The position numbers and the translations under genes are program-made. The notes under the pieces are model-generated. The model was not told the origin of the DNA, ran no database searches, and saw nothing but the letters and a program-made list of their open reading frames with translations. 53,353 nucleotides of DNA from Spirochaetota bacterium (GTDB lineage Bacteria; Spirochaetota; UBA4802; JAFGJZ01): the NCBI GenBank assembly GCA_023396615.1, contig JAEWVM010000066.1, positions 1 to 53,353 on the forward strand, written 5' to 3'. This document shows positions 1-9,556 of the stretch, piece after piece (position 1 is the stretch's first letter; every line of letters begins with the position of its first letter).

Positions 1-146
1 TCAAACGTACCGGGATATATTCCTATTATCATCAGTCCTCTACCAGTCAGACTGTTTTAAAATAATCACTTATTTGAGCTTGTCAAGGAAAATTCGGCTT
101 TAAGGGGTAATATTGGCATAAAAATGAAGCTGAAAGGAATTTTTGA

Positions 147-168
147 CCGGCGGAGTTTCCCCCGCCGG
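147..168 (-). terminator. GC-rich hairpin just 3' of the OMP-like gene (possible terminator)
   Basis: CCGGCGG-N8-CCGCCGG lies 6 nt past the TAA at 175-177. There is no clean U-tract on the minus strand, so this is a weak call. Confidence 0.3.
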
Positions 169-174
169 ATTTCA

Positions 175-816
175 TTAGAATTTCATCTCTACGCCGGCTT
201 TGACGGCAAGAAGCTGTCTTTTGAGCTTTAGATCACCATCATCATATCCGTTTGTAAATGATCTTTTCAGAATAAGACCTATATTTAGATCAGCAGTTTC
301 TGCTATAGGAATCAAATATCCAGCCCCAACAAGAAGACCGACTTCATTTTTCTTTTCAGATCCGGAAGCTTTTCCGCCATCTTGAAATTTCCATTCACCC
401 ACAGGAACACCTACAAATAAACCTGCATCGAAATAGAATCCCTGAAAATTTGTAAAACGATAACCTAAATTAACATCCATATATTTTGCTTTTAGCTTAA
501 CTGTAGATTTTTCTTCAAACCCTGGATAAGTTGTTTCGCTATCCATTTTGTATGACACGTTTGAATATTCCAAACCGCCGAAAATAGAACCAGTATCAGA
601 AACATTATAAAAACCATTGAATCCAATAAAATAAGACCCGGAAGTAACAGGATCTGCTTCATAGTAATCCAAAGATTCTTTGACAACAGGATAGTTTATA
701 CCACCACCAGCATAAAGAGCGAATTTAACTCCGCCTGCTTCAAGCCCCTGTGAATAGAGAGCACTGCTTCCTGAAACCAATAGTACGGCAACTGCCGCAA
801 AAAAAAATTTTTTCAT
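175..816 (-). CDS. secreted beta-barrel-like outer-membrane protein (family not identified)
   Basis: Track ORF is 175..828. The inner ATG at 816 is preceded by GGAGG (822-826) at 5-nt spacing and gives the signal peptide MKKFFFAAVAVLLVSGSSALYSQ. Gly/aromatic-rich alternating segments; C-terminus ends ...GVEMKF. Confidence 0.6.
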   Translation of the reverse strand: MKKFFFAAVAVLLVSGSSALYSQGLEAGGVKFALYAGGGINYPVVKESLDYYEADPVTSGSYFIGFNGFYNVSDTGSIFGGLEYSNVSYKMDSETTYPGFEEKSTVKLKAKYMDVNLGYRFTNFQGFYFDAGLFVGVPVGEWKFQDGGKASGSEKKNEVGLLVGAGYLIPIAETADLNIGLILKRSFTNGYDDGDLKLKRQLLAVKAGVEMKF

Positions 817-938
817 TCTTTCCTCCATAATATTATCCTTTAAAGGATACGGAATTATCCGCTACTTTTTGTACAATTCAAGTCTTTTTTGTTACAAAAT
901 TACTCTAAAAAAATAAGTTTTAAAAACATAACTGCAGT

Positions 939-2006
939 TTAAAATAATACTAAAACCGCATTTTTAATTTCATCTATTCCCTTTTTCTCTTTTACAGAAC
1001 AAAATACTGCATCAGGATATTCCGATCTGATTTTTATAAGCTGTTCATCATAAGCCAAGTCGGTTTTGTTGAAAACTTTTATCACTTTTCCTGTATATCC
1101 GATTTCAGCAAGTTCATCGTCAACAGTTTTGATGCATTCTGAATAATTCGGGTTTGATGAATCAATCAGATGAATCACCATATCGGAAAATAATATTTCT
1201 TCAAATGTCGAACGGAAAGCTTTTACAAGAGTTGCCGGAAGATTGCGGATGAATCCGACCGTGTCAGTAAGCAGAACTTTTCGGTCATCGGAAATATACA
1301 CTTCCCTGGTAAATGAATCCAAAGTTGCAAAAAGTCTGTTTTCAATGAAAAGATTTTTTTTTGAAAGCAATGAAACAAGTGATGACTTGCCTGCGTTAGT
1401 ATAACCGGCAACAGCAATTTTAACGGCGTTTTCGCGCGATTTTCTTTTCAGTGAGCGTGTCTTTTCAATCGCTTTCAGGCTCTCGTTCAGTTTATGAATT
1501 TTGCGCTGAATGTGGCGTCTATCCGTTTCAAGTTTTGTTTCACCGGGTCCGCGGGTTCCTATCCCTCCCCCGAGTCTTGAAAGAACCATTCCTTTTCCGC
1601 GGATTCTCGGAAGCATGTTGTTCAACTGAGCAAGCTCAACCTGAATCTTTGCTTCCGCGCTCGAAGCACGTAGGGCAAAAATATCAAGAATTACATCACA
1701 GCGCGATAAAACCTTGATTTCCAAATAATTCTCGAGATTATTATACTGAACGGCTTTTATGTTATTAATATCAAAAACAACGGCGTCAGCGGCTTTATCC
1801 TCAGCCTCTTTTTTAATCGTCTCAAGCCAACCGCTTCCGATGATATGCGCCGGATCAATGCTTTGTTTTTTAATGATAAAAGAGGAAGCAACATCGCCGC
1901 CGGTTGTTTTTACAAGTTCGGCCAATTCCGAAATCGAATACTCTGCGGCAGTTTTTTCGTTGGAAGCTCCTATCAATCCTACAAGAATAATCTTTTCTTT
2001 TTTCAT
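939..2006 (-). CDS. hflX: GTPase HflX
   Basis: HflX N-domain followed by a G-domain with GYTNAGKSSL (G1), DTVGFI (G3) and NKTD (G4). Overlaps the upstream gene by 4 nt. Confidence 0.85.
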   Translation of the reverse strand: MKKEKIILVGLIGASNEKTAAEYSISELAELVKTTGGDVASSFIIKKQSIDPAHIIGSGWLETIKKEAEDKAADAVVFDINNIKAVQYNNLENYLEIKVLSRCDVILDIFALRASSAEAKIQVELAQLNNMLPRIRGKGMVLSRLGGGIGTRGPGETKLETDRRHIQRKIHKLNESLKAIEKTRSLKRKSRENAVKIAVAGYTNAGKSSLVSLLSKKNLFIENRLFATLDSFTREVYISDDRKVLLTDTVGFIRNLPATLVKAFRSTFEEILFSDMVIHLIDSSNPNYSECIKTVDDELAEIGYTGKVIKVFNKTDLAYDEQLIKIRSEYPDAVFCSVKEKKGIDEIKNAVLVLF

Positions 2007-2455
2007 TTATTGCCGGATGATCTGATGTCGACAAAACAACCTTCGACGATCTGATTCTTTTCAAAAAAACCTTTATTGACTTCAAGCGCGTATCTGGCCG
2101 GATTTCTGGAAGGATATGTCAGAACATCATTATTTTCCTTCATGTCGGTTATCTGAAGAATTTTTCCAGTTGAATCAATATATGCAATACTCAAAGGAAA
2201 AGAAACATTCTTCATCCAGAAATTCAGATATTGTTCACGCGGAAAAATGAAAAGCATTCCTGAACCTGAATCTAAAGCGGATCTGTCCATAAGTCCTCTG
2301 GTACGTTCCGCATTGTTCTGGGCAATTTCAACCTGAATTTTAATTATTGCACCAGCTGAATTCTTAATGGATATAATGCGTTTTTCCATAGAGAATAAAG
2401 TTCCGCAGAATAGAATTATCAGACAAAGTAATGTTTTACTAAAATGATGAAGCAT
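2003..2455 (-). CDS. DUF192 (COG1430) family secreted protein
   Basis: Signal peptide followed by ...RTRGLMDRSALDSGSGMLFIF...FWMKNVSFPLSIAYID...ALEVNKG, a typical DUF192 pattern. Confidence 0.7.
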   Translation of the reverse strand: MLHHFSKTLLCLIILFCGTLFSMEKRIISIKNSAGAIIKIQVEIAQNNAERTRGLMDRSALDSGSGMLFIFPREQYLNFWMKNVSFPLSIAYIDSTGKILQITDMKENNDVLTYPSRNPARYALEVNKGFFEKNQIVEGCFVDIRSSGNK

Positions 2456-3197
2456 ATTCGACCTTCAGAATTCGGCATGGAGTTTCATCGTCCTGAAAAA
2501 TTACTGCAAGCATAACTCCTGCATTCGGTGTAAAATTCATCTTTAACCCCAGATTTCCAAGCCATTCTTCTTTTCTCTTGAAATTATAGTATACCTTTTC
2601 GCCTTCTGCCTTGAACGCAAACATAGTTCCAAGCGGAATATCGAGCGATGCGAAATATGTAGCATCTTTCGGTACGTAATCAGGCTGAACCGGAAGACGC
2701 ATACCGAAAGTCAGATACTGCTCTGAACCGAATGCAAACAGCGGTTTGGTAATTGCAAAATACGGACCGCAAATCTTTCTATTATACTTAGATGATGCAT
2801 ATTCATTGCGTCTTCCGCTGCTTTCAACTTTACCGTATGCACCAATATAAAATGAATCATAACCGAGCGCAATCGATATTGGAAAGGACTCCCATCCGTC
2901 AGTGAGTTTTAGTTTAGCTACAACTCCCGGAGTATTTGCATCTGCCTTTTCCTTGCCTACCGCATGATCAACATCAAGTGAAACACCTATATAAATAGCG
3001 TCATGAACACCGACTATTGTCTTAAATTCCATGCCGCCGCGGTCATAAGCGAGCATCGACACATCAAATCCCGCTCTCGGAAGTGTAAATGCCGTCGGCG
3101 AATTTATCGTATAAATTCCGCCGGACATGTTTTCATTTTCAGCGAACATAGGTATCGAAACGAGAGCAAGACAAATCATGAAATATTTTCTAATCAT
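2439..3197 (-). CDS. secreted protein, possible outer-membrane beta-barrel
   Basis: Signal peptide MIRKYFMICLALVSIPMFA. Gly/Tyr/Phe-rich alternating segments; C-terminal ...EYASSF. Confidence 0.45.
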   Translation of the reverse strand: MIRKYFMICLALVSIPMFAENENMSGGIYTINSPTAFTLPRAGFDVSMLAYDRGGMEFKTIVGVHDAIYIGVSLDVDHAVGKEKADANTPGVVAKLKLTDGWESFPISIALGYDSFYIGAYGKVESSGRRNEYASSKYNRKICGPYFAITKPLFAFGSEQYLTFGMRLPVQPDYVPKDATYFASLDIPLGTMFAFKAEGEKVYYNFKRKEEWLGNLGLKMNFTPNAGVMLAVIFQDDETPCRILKVEYASSF

Positions 3198-3257
3198 AAA
3201 ATCCTTCCGAAAAAAGCAGTCTCTTCATTATCGGAATTAAACGCATTTCTCTTATAA

Positions 3258-3287
3258 TAAAAACTCTCCTTTTGAGGAGAGTTTTTA
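3258..3287 (-). terminator. bidirectional intrinsic terminator after the ProC-like gene
   Basis: A-run, then CTCTCCT-TTTG-AGGAGAG, then T-run. Confidence 0.6.
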
Positions 3288-3324
3288 TTGCTGCATCTCT
3301 AATTGATGATATCAATTCATATCA

Positions 3325-4098
3325 TCAATTAGTAAGCATCTTAAATCTTTCTCTAAGTTTTTCACGATACTCATTCTTGATATTTTCTTCAATACCTGCA
3401 AGTGGTCTAACAGGAACAAGATTCAGATAATCATATTGAACTCTATTTTCTGCCGTTACAGTCTTTGCAGTTCCCTCTGCAAGCTTCTGAATTGCATCAC
3501 GGGCATCATTCCCGCTAATGCCGAATTCTTTTGCGAGTTCAAAAAGTTCTGCAAACTGATAATCTAAGTAAGTATAACCCATTGCGGTTATTACAGCATA
3601 TGCCTCAATCAGATCATCTTTAACTTCAGGAATACTGCCAAGAACTGAAAGTCTTTCAATTAATTCTAACTTTTTGGCACTGTCGAATCCTTCAGAGAAG
3701 GATATCGGATTATAACCGGCATTGACTATTGACGGAGCATTTGGATTCATTCTTGCAACATTTTGTAATCCGCCAAATGAATCAATAGTTTTTGAAATCC
3801 GTATTTTCGGGACAAGAGACAATAGCACTGCACCCGGCTTCAATACACTCGACAAACTATTAGCTGTTTCGGCAAAAACAGGCGGATGTACAGCCAAAAT
3901 AACAATATCTGCTCCGCTTGCGGCTTCCTTCTCAGATTCAAATATTTCCGCATAAGAAACGATTTCTTTAATACTTTTCGCCGCTTCCTGATTGATGTCA
4001 TAAACGCGGACTTCATCAAACATTCCATTCTTGATTTTGAGACCTTCAAGAATAATTCTGCTTATTCTTCCCGCTCCGATTATCGCTGCTTTATTCAT
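3325..4098 (-). CDS. NADP-dependent oxidoreductase, pyrroline-5-carboxylate reductase (ProC)-like
   Basis: N-terminal Rossmann motif AIIGAGRIS and ProC-like overall layout (257 aa). AGGAGG sits 5 nt upstream of the ATG. Confidence 0.55.
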   Translation of the reverse strand: MNKAAIIGAGRISRIILEGLKIKNGMFDEVRVYDINQEAAKSIKEIVSYAEIFESEKEAASGADIVILAVHPPVFAETANSLSSVLKPGAVLLSLVPKIRISKTIDSFGGLQNVARMNPNAPSIVNAGYNPISFSEGFDSAKKLELIERLSVLGSIPEVKDDLIEAYAVITAMGYTYLDYQFAELFELAKEFGISGNDARDAIQKLAEGTAKTVTAENRVQYDYLNLVPVRPLAGIEENIKNEYREKLRERFKMLTN

Positions 4099-4130
4099 AG
4101 CAACCTCCTTTATTGTTGCATTTTACATTT

Positions 4131-4150
4131 GCACTTATGCGCATTTGTGC
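4131..4150. promoter_or_regulatory. imperfect 20-bp palindrome (candidate ArsR-family operator) upstream of the ProC-like gene
   Basis: GCACTTATGC|GCATTTGTGC matches 8/10 as an inverted repeat. It shares TGCAC/GTGCA half-sites with the palindrome at 4530-4549. Confidence 0.35.
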
Positions 4151-4176
4151 ATGTTTTAAGCAAAAAAATACTCTGC

Positions 4177-4521
4177 TCATTTAACCGTCATCCCGGACGA
4201 AAGACAGCTTGCTAATCTTTCGTAATCTTCCCTTACTCCGCATTGTGAATCCGAAACAATTTTAACAGCCTGAAGCAAAGCTTTAACCTGAAGATCTTTG
4301 CTGTTAAGCGAATACATCATCATTTTGCCCTCACGCCTTTCGATAACAACACCCGACGCGACAAGAACGGACATGGCTTTGGAAATTGTATACTGAGCTT
4401 TACCAAGCGAATTAATAATTTCACATGCGCAAAGCTCTCTTCCGCTCTTTGCCAGAACAGCTACAATACGAAAACGGGTTTCTTCTCCGAGAGCCTTGAA
4501 CTTTTCATAACATTGCTTCAT
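4177..4521 (-). CDS. ArsR/SmtB-family metalloregulator (CXC type)
   Basis: Winged-HTH pattern ...ALGEETRFRIVAVLAKSGRELCACEIINSLGKAQYTISKAMSVL... ELCAC resembles the ArsR ELCVCDL metalloid site. Confidence 0.75.
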   Translation of the reverse strand: MKQCYEKFKALGEETRFRIVAVLAKSGRELCACEIINSLGKAQYTISKAMSVLVASGVVIERREGKMMMYSLNSKDLQVKALLQAVKIVSDSQCGVREDYERLASCLSSGMTVK

Positions 4522-4529
4522 GTATGCAC

Positions 4530-4549
4530 ATATGCACTATCGTGCATAT
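4530..4549. promoter_or_regulatory. palindromic candidate operator immediately upstream of the arsR-like gene
   Basis: ATATGCAC-TATC-GTGCATAT has perfect 8-bp arms and starts 9 nt upstream of the ATG at 4521. An extra ATGCAC copy sits directly 5' of it. Confidence 0.45.
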
Positions 4550-4564
4550 TATGTCAATCTTTTT

Positions 4565-6064
4565 TTATCGATAATCCTCATCAGACCAGCCAATATCAGA
4601 AAGAAACTCATCGTATGTTCCGGAATATACAGTTACTGAGCCGTTATCAAAAACTATAAGCTTTGTAGCAACGTTTCTGATATGCATTTCATTATGAGTT
4701 ACCATTACAACTGATCCGTCGAAATTATCAATCGCTTCGATAAGCGAATCACATGACTGCATATCAAGATGGTTTGTCGGCTCATCAAGAAAAAGAATAT
4801 GTGCCGGCATAACCAGAATTTTACCGAGAAGCACGCGACTTTTTTCTCCGCCGGATAACACCTTGATTTTCTTAAGCGCATTATCACCGGAAAACATGAG
4901 TCCGCCTGCAATTACACGGGCTTTCGCATCGGTGCAAAGCCGGTCGGCACTTTTAATTTCTTCTGTAACGGTTTTGTTATCATTGAGCGCAATTTTATTC
5001 GTCTGCCCGAAGTATCCCTGCTGAAGCGACGGATGCCTTGAAACGTTTCCTTCAACCGGTCGAAGCTCACCGGCGAGAAGTTTAAGAAGCGTTGATTTTC
5101 CTTTTCCGTTTTTACCGATGATGCATACTCTATCGCGTTTTCCGATAGCAAAAGAAAGATCTTCAATTAAATGAGGTTCGTTTTCACCATACGAGAATGA
5201 AAGATTTTCAACTGTCATCATCTGGCTTGCTTCAAATTTCGCACTATTGAAGTAAAGCTCCAAATCTTCAATCGATTCAAGCGCTTTCATTTCACCCTGC
5301 TTTTCGAGCTTCTTTACCCTCGATTGAGTCCTGCTTGCGAAACTCGCTTTTGCCTTAAAGCGCGCTATAAAAACTTCTTCCTGACGTCGTTTTTTCTCTT
5401 CATTCAACCGCGTCTTTTCATAAATCTCTTCTTCCTGATTAATCTGAGCATATAATTTTTCGGTATCTCCCTCGACTTTTCGGGCCTTTCTGCGGTGAAT
5501 CGCAGCTGTATGAGTTACAACACTGTCCATAAAACTTCTGTCATGCGTAATGAGCATGAACTCTCCCGGCCATTCATTTAGAAATTCTTCAAGCCAGCGG
5601 ATCGCAACAATGTCGAGATAGTTTGTCGGCTCATCAAGAAGAAGCATATCAGGATTTGACACAAGAAGCTTGGCAAGATTCATTCTTATTTGATATCCTC
5701 CTGAAAAATCATGCGGAGATCTCTGCATGTCATCTTCAGAAAAACCAAGTCCCGATAAAACTCTTTCAACCTGCCATGTCTCATACTCTTCTCCGGCAGG
5801 AAGTCCGAGTGAACACTCTTCTAGAACAGTAGATTTGGTAAATTTCAAATGCTGTTCCAAATGACCTATTTTATATCCTTTTGGAATGGAAATCATTCCT
5901 GAGTCGGCTTCTGTATTTCCGAGAATCATCTGAAACAAAGTGGATTTTCCATGTCCGTTTCTTCCGACAAGTCCAAGCTTCTCTCCCTGATTAACGCTCA
6001 AGCTCATGTCCTCAAAAAGAACCTGACCGGTAAAAGCTTTATTAATATTGATGAATTTAATCAT
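4565..6064 (-). CDS. ABC-F family ATPase (two ABC cassettes, no TM domain)
   Basis: Walker A motifs GRNGHGKST and GKNGKGKST. Signature motifs FSGGYQIR and LSGGEKSR. A charged inter-domain linker (EEKKRRQEE) separates the cassettes. Confidence 0.85.
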   Translation of the reverse strand: MIKFININKAFTGQVLFEDMSLSVNQGEKLGLVGRNGHGKSTLFQMILGNTEADSGMISIPKGYKIGHLEQHLKFTKSTVLEECSLGLPAGEEYETWQVERVLSGLGFSEDDMQRSPHDFSGGYQIRMNLAKLLVSNPDMLLLDEPTNYLDIVAIRWLEEFLNEWPGEFMLITHDRSFMDSVVTHTAAIHRRKARKVEGDTEKLYAQINQEEEIYEKTRLNEEKKRRQEEVFIARFKAKASFASRTQSRVKKLEKQGEMKALESIEDLELYFNSAKFEASQMMTVENLSFSYGENEPHLIEDLSFAIGKRDRVCIIGKNGKGKSTLLKLLAGELRPVEGNVSRHPSLQQGYFGQTNKIALNDNKTVTEEIKSADRLCTDAKARVIAGGLMFSGDNALKKIKVLSGGEKSRVLLGKILVMPAHILFLDEPTNHLDMQSCDSLIEAIDNFDGSVVMVTHNEMHIRNVATKLIVFDNGSVTVYSGTYDEFLSDIGWSDEDYR

Positions 6065-6237
6065 GTTTTCCTCTATAATTACGGTATACGATCATAAAAT
6101 AATTTATTATTCGGATGAAATATTTTTAATAATATCCATAAGCTAAAACAAACATTTTCGCAGTTTATGAAGCTGCAACGGATAAAAATTATCACAAATG
6201 TTATTGATCAAGCATAAAAAAAGAAACAATGTAAATC

Positions 6238-6891
6238 TTATTTTTTTTCTGCCAGAAGAAGACCGTCGCCGATCGGAACAATACATGCGTTTACATTTTC
6301 ATCGGAAAACACATGATTGTTGAATTTCCGTATAGCTTCGGTTGTCTGCGACTTGTCAGATTCATCGGCGACATTGCCGTAGAATAAAACATTATCAGCA
6401 ATAATTATTCCGCCCTTTTCAAGAAGCTTAATGGATTTCTCGTAATAATCTATATAACCTTTTTTGTCGGCATCAATAAAAACAATTCCGGCTTTTGACA
6501 AATAATCTGCACTCAAATCATCGAGAACATCGGATGCTTTTCCGCAGAAAATATTTACTTTATCCGAATATCCATAATCTTTAAAATATGATTTTGCAGT
6601 CTCCGCATTAGTTTCATTTTTTTCAATAGTGATGATACGGCAGTTTTCAGGCATTGCCTCTGCCATTGCGACCGCGCTGTATCCCAGAAATGTTCCGATT
6701 TCGATTATCAGTGAAGGTTTTTTCAATCTTATCAGAAAAGAAATAAAAGACACCTGTTCAGGCGTAATAAACATTTTCGACTGAGGATGAGAAATATTAT
6801 CATTACGGATTTTATTGAGATGCGGACTTTCATTTGAAAATCCGCGGATATATGAAATCAGTTCATTATCAATTCCGAGAGTCTTTTCCAT
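6238..6891 (-). CDS. class I SAM-dependent O-methyltransferase (caffeoyl-CoA OMT / YrrM-like family 3)
   Basis: IIEIGTFLGYSA (SAM motif I) and FIDADKKGY..LLEKGGIIIADNVLF, typical of family-3 O-methyltransferases. Confidence 0.7.
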   Translation of the reverse strand: MEKTLGIDNELISYIRGFSNESPHLNKIRNDNISHPQSKMFITPEQVSFISFLIRLKKPSLIIEIGTFLGYSAVAMAEAMPENCRIITIEKNETNAETAKSYFKDYGYSDKVNIFCGKASDVLDDLSADYLSKAGIVFIDADKKGYIDYYEKSIKLLEKGGIIIADNVLFYGNVADESDKSQTTEAIRKFNNHVFSDENVNACIVPIGDGLLLAEKK

Positions 6892-7367
6892 CAGTCTTTA
6901 GGAAAAGAAATTCTTCCGCTGCGGTTCAGCTCTTTTATTCCATAAGGTCTAAGAATTTCTATGAAAATATCAAGCTGTTCCGGAGAGCCAAGATACTCAA
7001 GCGTAATGGACTTTTGTGTAATATCAAGTATCGTGGCCTTGAATGTCTGGGCAATCTGAAATATTTCAATACGTTTTGAAGATGAAAGCTGAAGCTTCAG
7101 CATAACTATTTCACGCTGAAACGAATATTCCTTAGGCTGATCAGTAACCTTTATTATATCAATCAGTTTATTCAGCTGTTTTTTTACCTGTTCGATAACA
7201 CGGTCATCACCGTTAACAACAACTGTAATGCATGATATGTCATCATCCTCAGTTTTGCTGACTGAGAGCGAATCGATATTATATCCGCGTGCTGAAAAAA
7301 GATTTACCACGCGCGCGAGAACACCTGACTGATTTTCAACTTTTACCGAAAGGACGTGCTGACTCAT
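6891..7367 (-). CDS. ilvN: acetolactate synthase small (regulatory) subunit
   Basis: ACT domain LSVKVENQSGVLARVVNLFSARGYNIDSLSV. Overlaps ilvB by 4 nt. Confidence 0.85.
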   Translation of the reverse strand: MSQHVLSVKVENQSGVLARVVNLFSARGYNIDSLSVSKTEDDDISCITVVVNGDDRVIEQVKKQLNKLIDIIKVTDQPKEYSFQREIVMLKLQLSSSKRIEIFQIAQTFKATILDITQKSITLEYLGSPEQLDIFIEILRPYGIKELNRSGRISFPKD

Positions 7368-9037
7368 GCTAATTCCCTCATGATTGTTTCATTGATTGTT
7401 TTGCCTGCAGGCATAAAAGGATACACATTTTCTTCAGGATCAACGAGAAAATCAAGAATGATCGGTCTGTCAGTTATTGATAATGCCTTATTGATGGCAG
7501 CTTCAACCTTATCAGGAGAATCAATTCTTATTCCTTCTGCTCCATATGCTTCCGCAAGTTTTACGAAATCAGGCGCACATTTAATGCATGTATGCGAATA
7601 CCGCTTGTCATAAAAATGCTGCTGCCACTGACGCACCATTCCGAGAAAACCGTTATTTAAAATCGCTATTATAACCGGAAGTCTGTACTGAACTGCAACT
7701 ATAAGCTCCTGAATGTTCATTTGAATTGAACCGTCTCCCGCAATATCAATTACTCTTTTTTCAGGCATTCCGAATTGAGCACCGATAGCGGCAGGCAGGC
7801 CGTATCCCATGGTGCCGAGTCCGCCTGAAGAAATAAATGTTCTGGGTTCAGTGTACTTATAAAACTGAGCCGCCCACATCTGGTTCTGTCCCACTTCTGT
7901 AGTAATTACAGCCTTTCCTTCAGTAAGCTCATAAAGCTTCTCAATTACAAACTGCGGTTTTATTACATCCGAACTGTTAGAATACTGAAGCGGATGAGAT
8001 TTTTTAAATGATTCTATATGATCAATCCACGGCTGAATCGAAGGCTTTTTAACCTTTGCGTTTATCTCGGCCATAACATTTTTGCAATCACCGACAATAG
8101 GTACATCAACGATAATGTTTTTTGATACGCTTGCCGGATCAATGTCTATATGTATTACCTTGGCGTGCGGAATGAACTCTGAAATTTTTCCTGTTACACG
8201 GTCATCGAAGCGCGCACCGATTGCAATCAGAAGATCCGAATCATGAACAGCCTTATTCGCGTAATAAGTACCATGCATACCGAGCATCTGAAGTGAAAGA
8301 GCATCCGTTTCAGGATATGCCCCCAGACCAAGAAGTGTTGTTGTTACAGGAATACCTGTTTTATTCACAAACTCTCTGAGTTCATCAGATGCATTTGACA
8401 GAATCACTCCTCCGCCCGCATAGACGACAGGTTTCTTCGCATGTTCAATAAGCTGACATGCTTTTTCTATCTGAACAGGATGCCCTTTATAATTTGGCTT
8501 ATAACCGCGTATATCTACGGAATCCGGATAGACGAAATCACCTTCGGCATTTGAAATATTTACAGGAATATCAATAAGAACGGGACCGGGTCTTCCTGTA
8601 GTGGCAATATAGAAAGCTTCCTTAACTATACGAGGAAGATCTTTAATATCCTGAACGAGATAATTATGCTTGGTAATAGGACGAGTTATGCCGGTAACGT
8701 CTGCTTCCTGAAAAGCATCATTTCCTATCATTTCAGTCGAAACCTGCCCGGTAATTGCTACCATTGGAACAGAATCCATATATGCAGTTGCCAGACCCGT
8801 AATGATATTTGTCGCTCCAGGTCCGCTTGTAACAAGAAGTACTCCGGGTTTTCCTGTGGCTCTCGCATATCCGTCCGCCATGTGCGCAGCACCCTGCTCA
8901 TGCCGTGTTAGTACAAATTTCAGAGGCGCATTGAACAGCTCATGAAAAATAGGTATTACGACTCCGCCGGGATACCCGAACATAACCTCAACGTTTTCCT
9001 TAACAAGACATTCAATGAGAATTTTCGCACCCTTCAT
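7364..9037 (-). CDS. ilvB: acetolactate synthase large subunit (ThDP-dependent)
   Basis: GYPGG...FHE..., the ThDP motif GDGSIQMNIQEL...NNGFLGMV, and length typical of the biosynthetic enzyme. Track ORF starts at TTG 9040; the ATG at 9037 has GGAGAG 6 nt upstream. Confidence 0.9.
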   Translation of the reverse strand: MKGAKILIECLVKENVEVMFGYPGGVVIPIFHELFNAPLKFVLTRHEQGAAHMADGYARATGKPGVLLVTSGPGATNIITGLATAYMDSVPMVAITGQVSTEMIGNDAFQEADVTGITRPITKHNYLVQDIKDLPRIVKEAFYIATTGRPGPVLIDIPVNISNAEGDFVYPDSVDIRGYKPNYKGHPVQIEKACQLIEHAKKPVVYAGGGVILSNASDELREFVNKTGIPVTTTLLGLGAYPETDALSLQMLGMHGTYYANKAVHDSDLLIAIGARFDDRVTGKISEFIPHAKVIHIDIDPASVSKNIIVDVPIVGDCKNVMAEINAKVKKPSIQPWIDHIESFKKSHPLQYSNSSDVIKPQFVIEKLYELTEGKAVITTEVGQNQMWAAQFYKYTEPRTFISSGGLGTMGYGLPAAIGAQFGMPEKRVIDIAGDGSIQMNIQELIVAVQYRLPVIIAILNNGFLGMVRQWQQHFYDKRYSHTCIKCAPDFVKLAEAYGAEGIRIDSPDKVEAAINKALSITDRPIILDFLVDPEENVYPFMPAGKTINETIMRELA

Positions 9038-9072
9038 CAATAACTCTCCATAACTCAGTTTTAAATAAAAAG

Positions 9073-9100
9073 ATTATAGCAACAAAAGTAATTTTCGCAA
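9073..9100 (-). promoter_or_regulatory. sigma70-like promoter for ilvBN
   Basis: On the minus strand: TTGCGA, 16 nt, TATAAT, about 35 nt upstream of the ilvB ATG. Confidence 0.5.
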
Positions 9101-9248
9101 ATTTAAAAAAATGTCGCTGGAAGTAATGTGTCAAGAATAAATAATCTTTACTGAAAATTATAATTACATAATCAAAACATTACAACTCAATATTTTTTTT
9201 GCAAAGGTAACATTTCTCAGGCGGATAATTGTTAGAAATATAACCCGA

Positions 9249-9286
9249 TTATAATCAACCATAAATGCATTTGCGGTTGATTATAA
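9249..9286. repeat. 38-nt nested palindrome in the long ilvB/9557 intergenic region
   Basis: TTATAATCAACC ... GGTTGATTATAA forms 12-bp arms. These enclose the perfect inner palindrome AAATGCATTT (9263-9272). No flanking U/A tracts. Confidence 0.6.
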
Positions 9287-9556
9287 CTTCAAAAAGTCTG
9301 TGAGCATGGAGTACAAATTCAAAATGTTCTTGCGCTGTAAATGATTTCATTAAAAATGTAACAATCAAGATAACAATATCTATTATTGTTCTTACAGATT
9401 GCAGCAATTAAATGACATTGAACAAACATTAAACTTCGGTTTCACCGAGAAAGGGGGAATTAAAAGAATTATATAAGAATCAAACAAATATTTGCATTTG
9501 TGCGAGACAAAATTTTCTTTGAATTATAATTACAAACAATTTATTAAGGAGTTTTT

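Noticed and set aside
1-60. Open frame running into the window start and ending at TAA 58-60 on the plus strand
   Set aside because: Only 19 codons are visible (..SNVPGYIPIIISPLPVRLF), too short to call or identify.
9249-9286. Palindrome considered as an intrinsic terminator, or as an ilv attenuator with the leader peptide MHLWLIIIGLYF on the minus strand
   Set aside because: There is no U-tract on either strand. The mini-ORF has no RBS. No alternative terminator/antiterminator pairing is evident, and the best ilvB promoter lies downstream of it. It is kept only as an unexplained palindrome.
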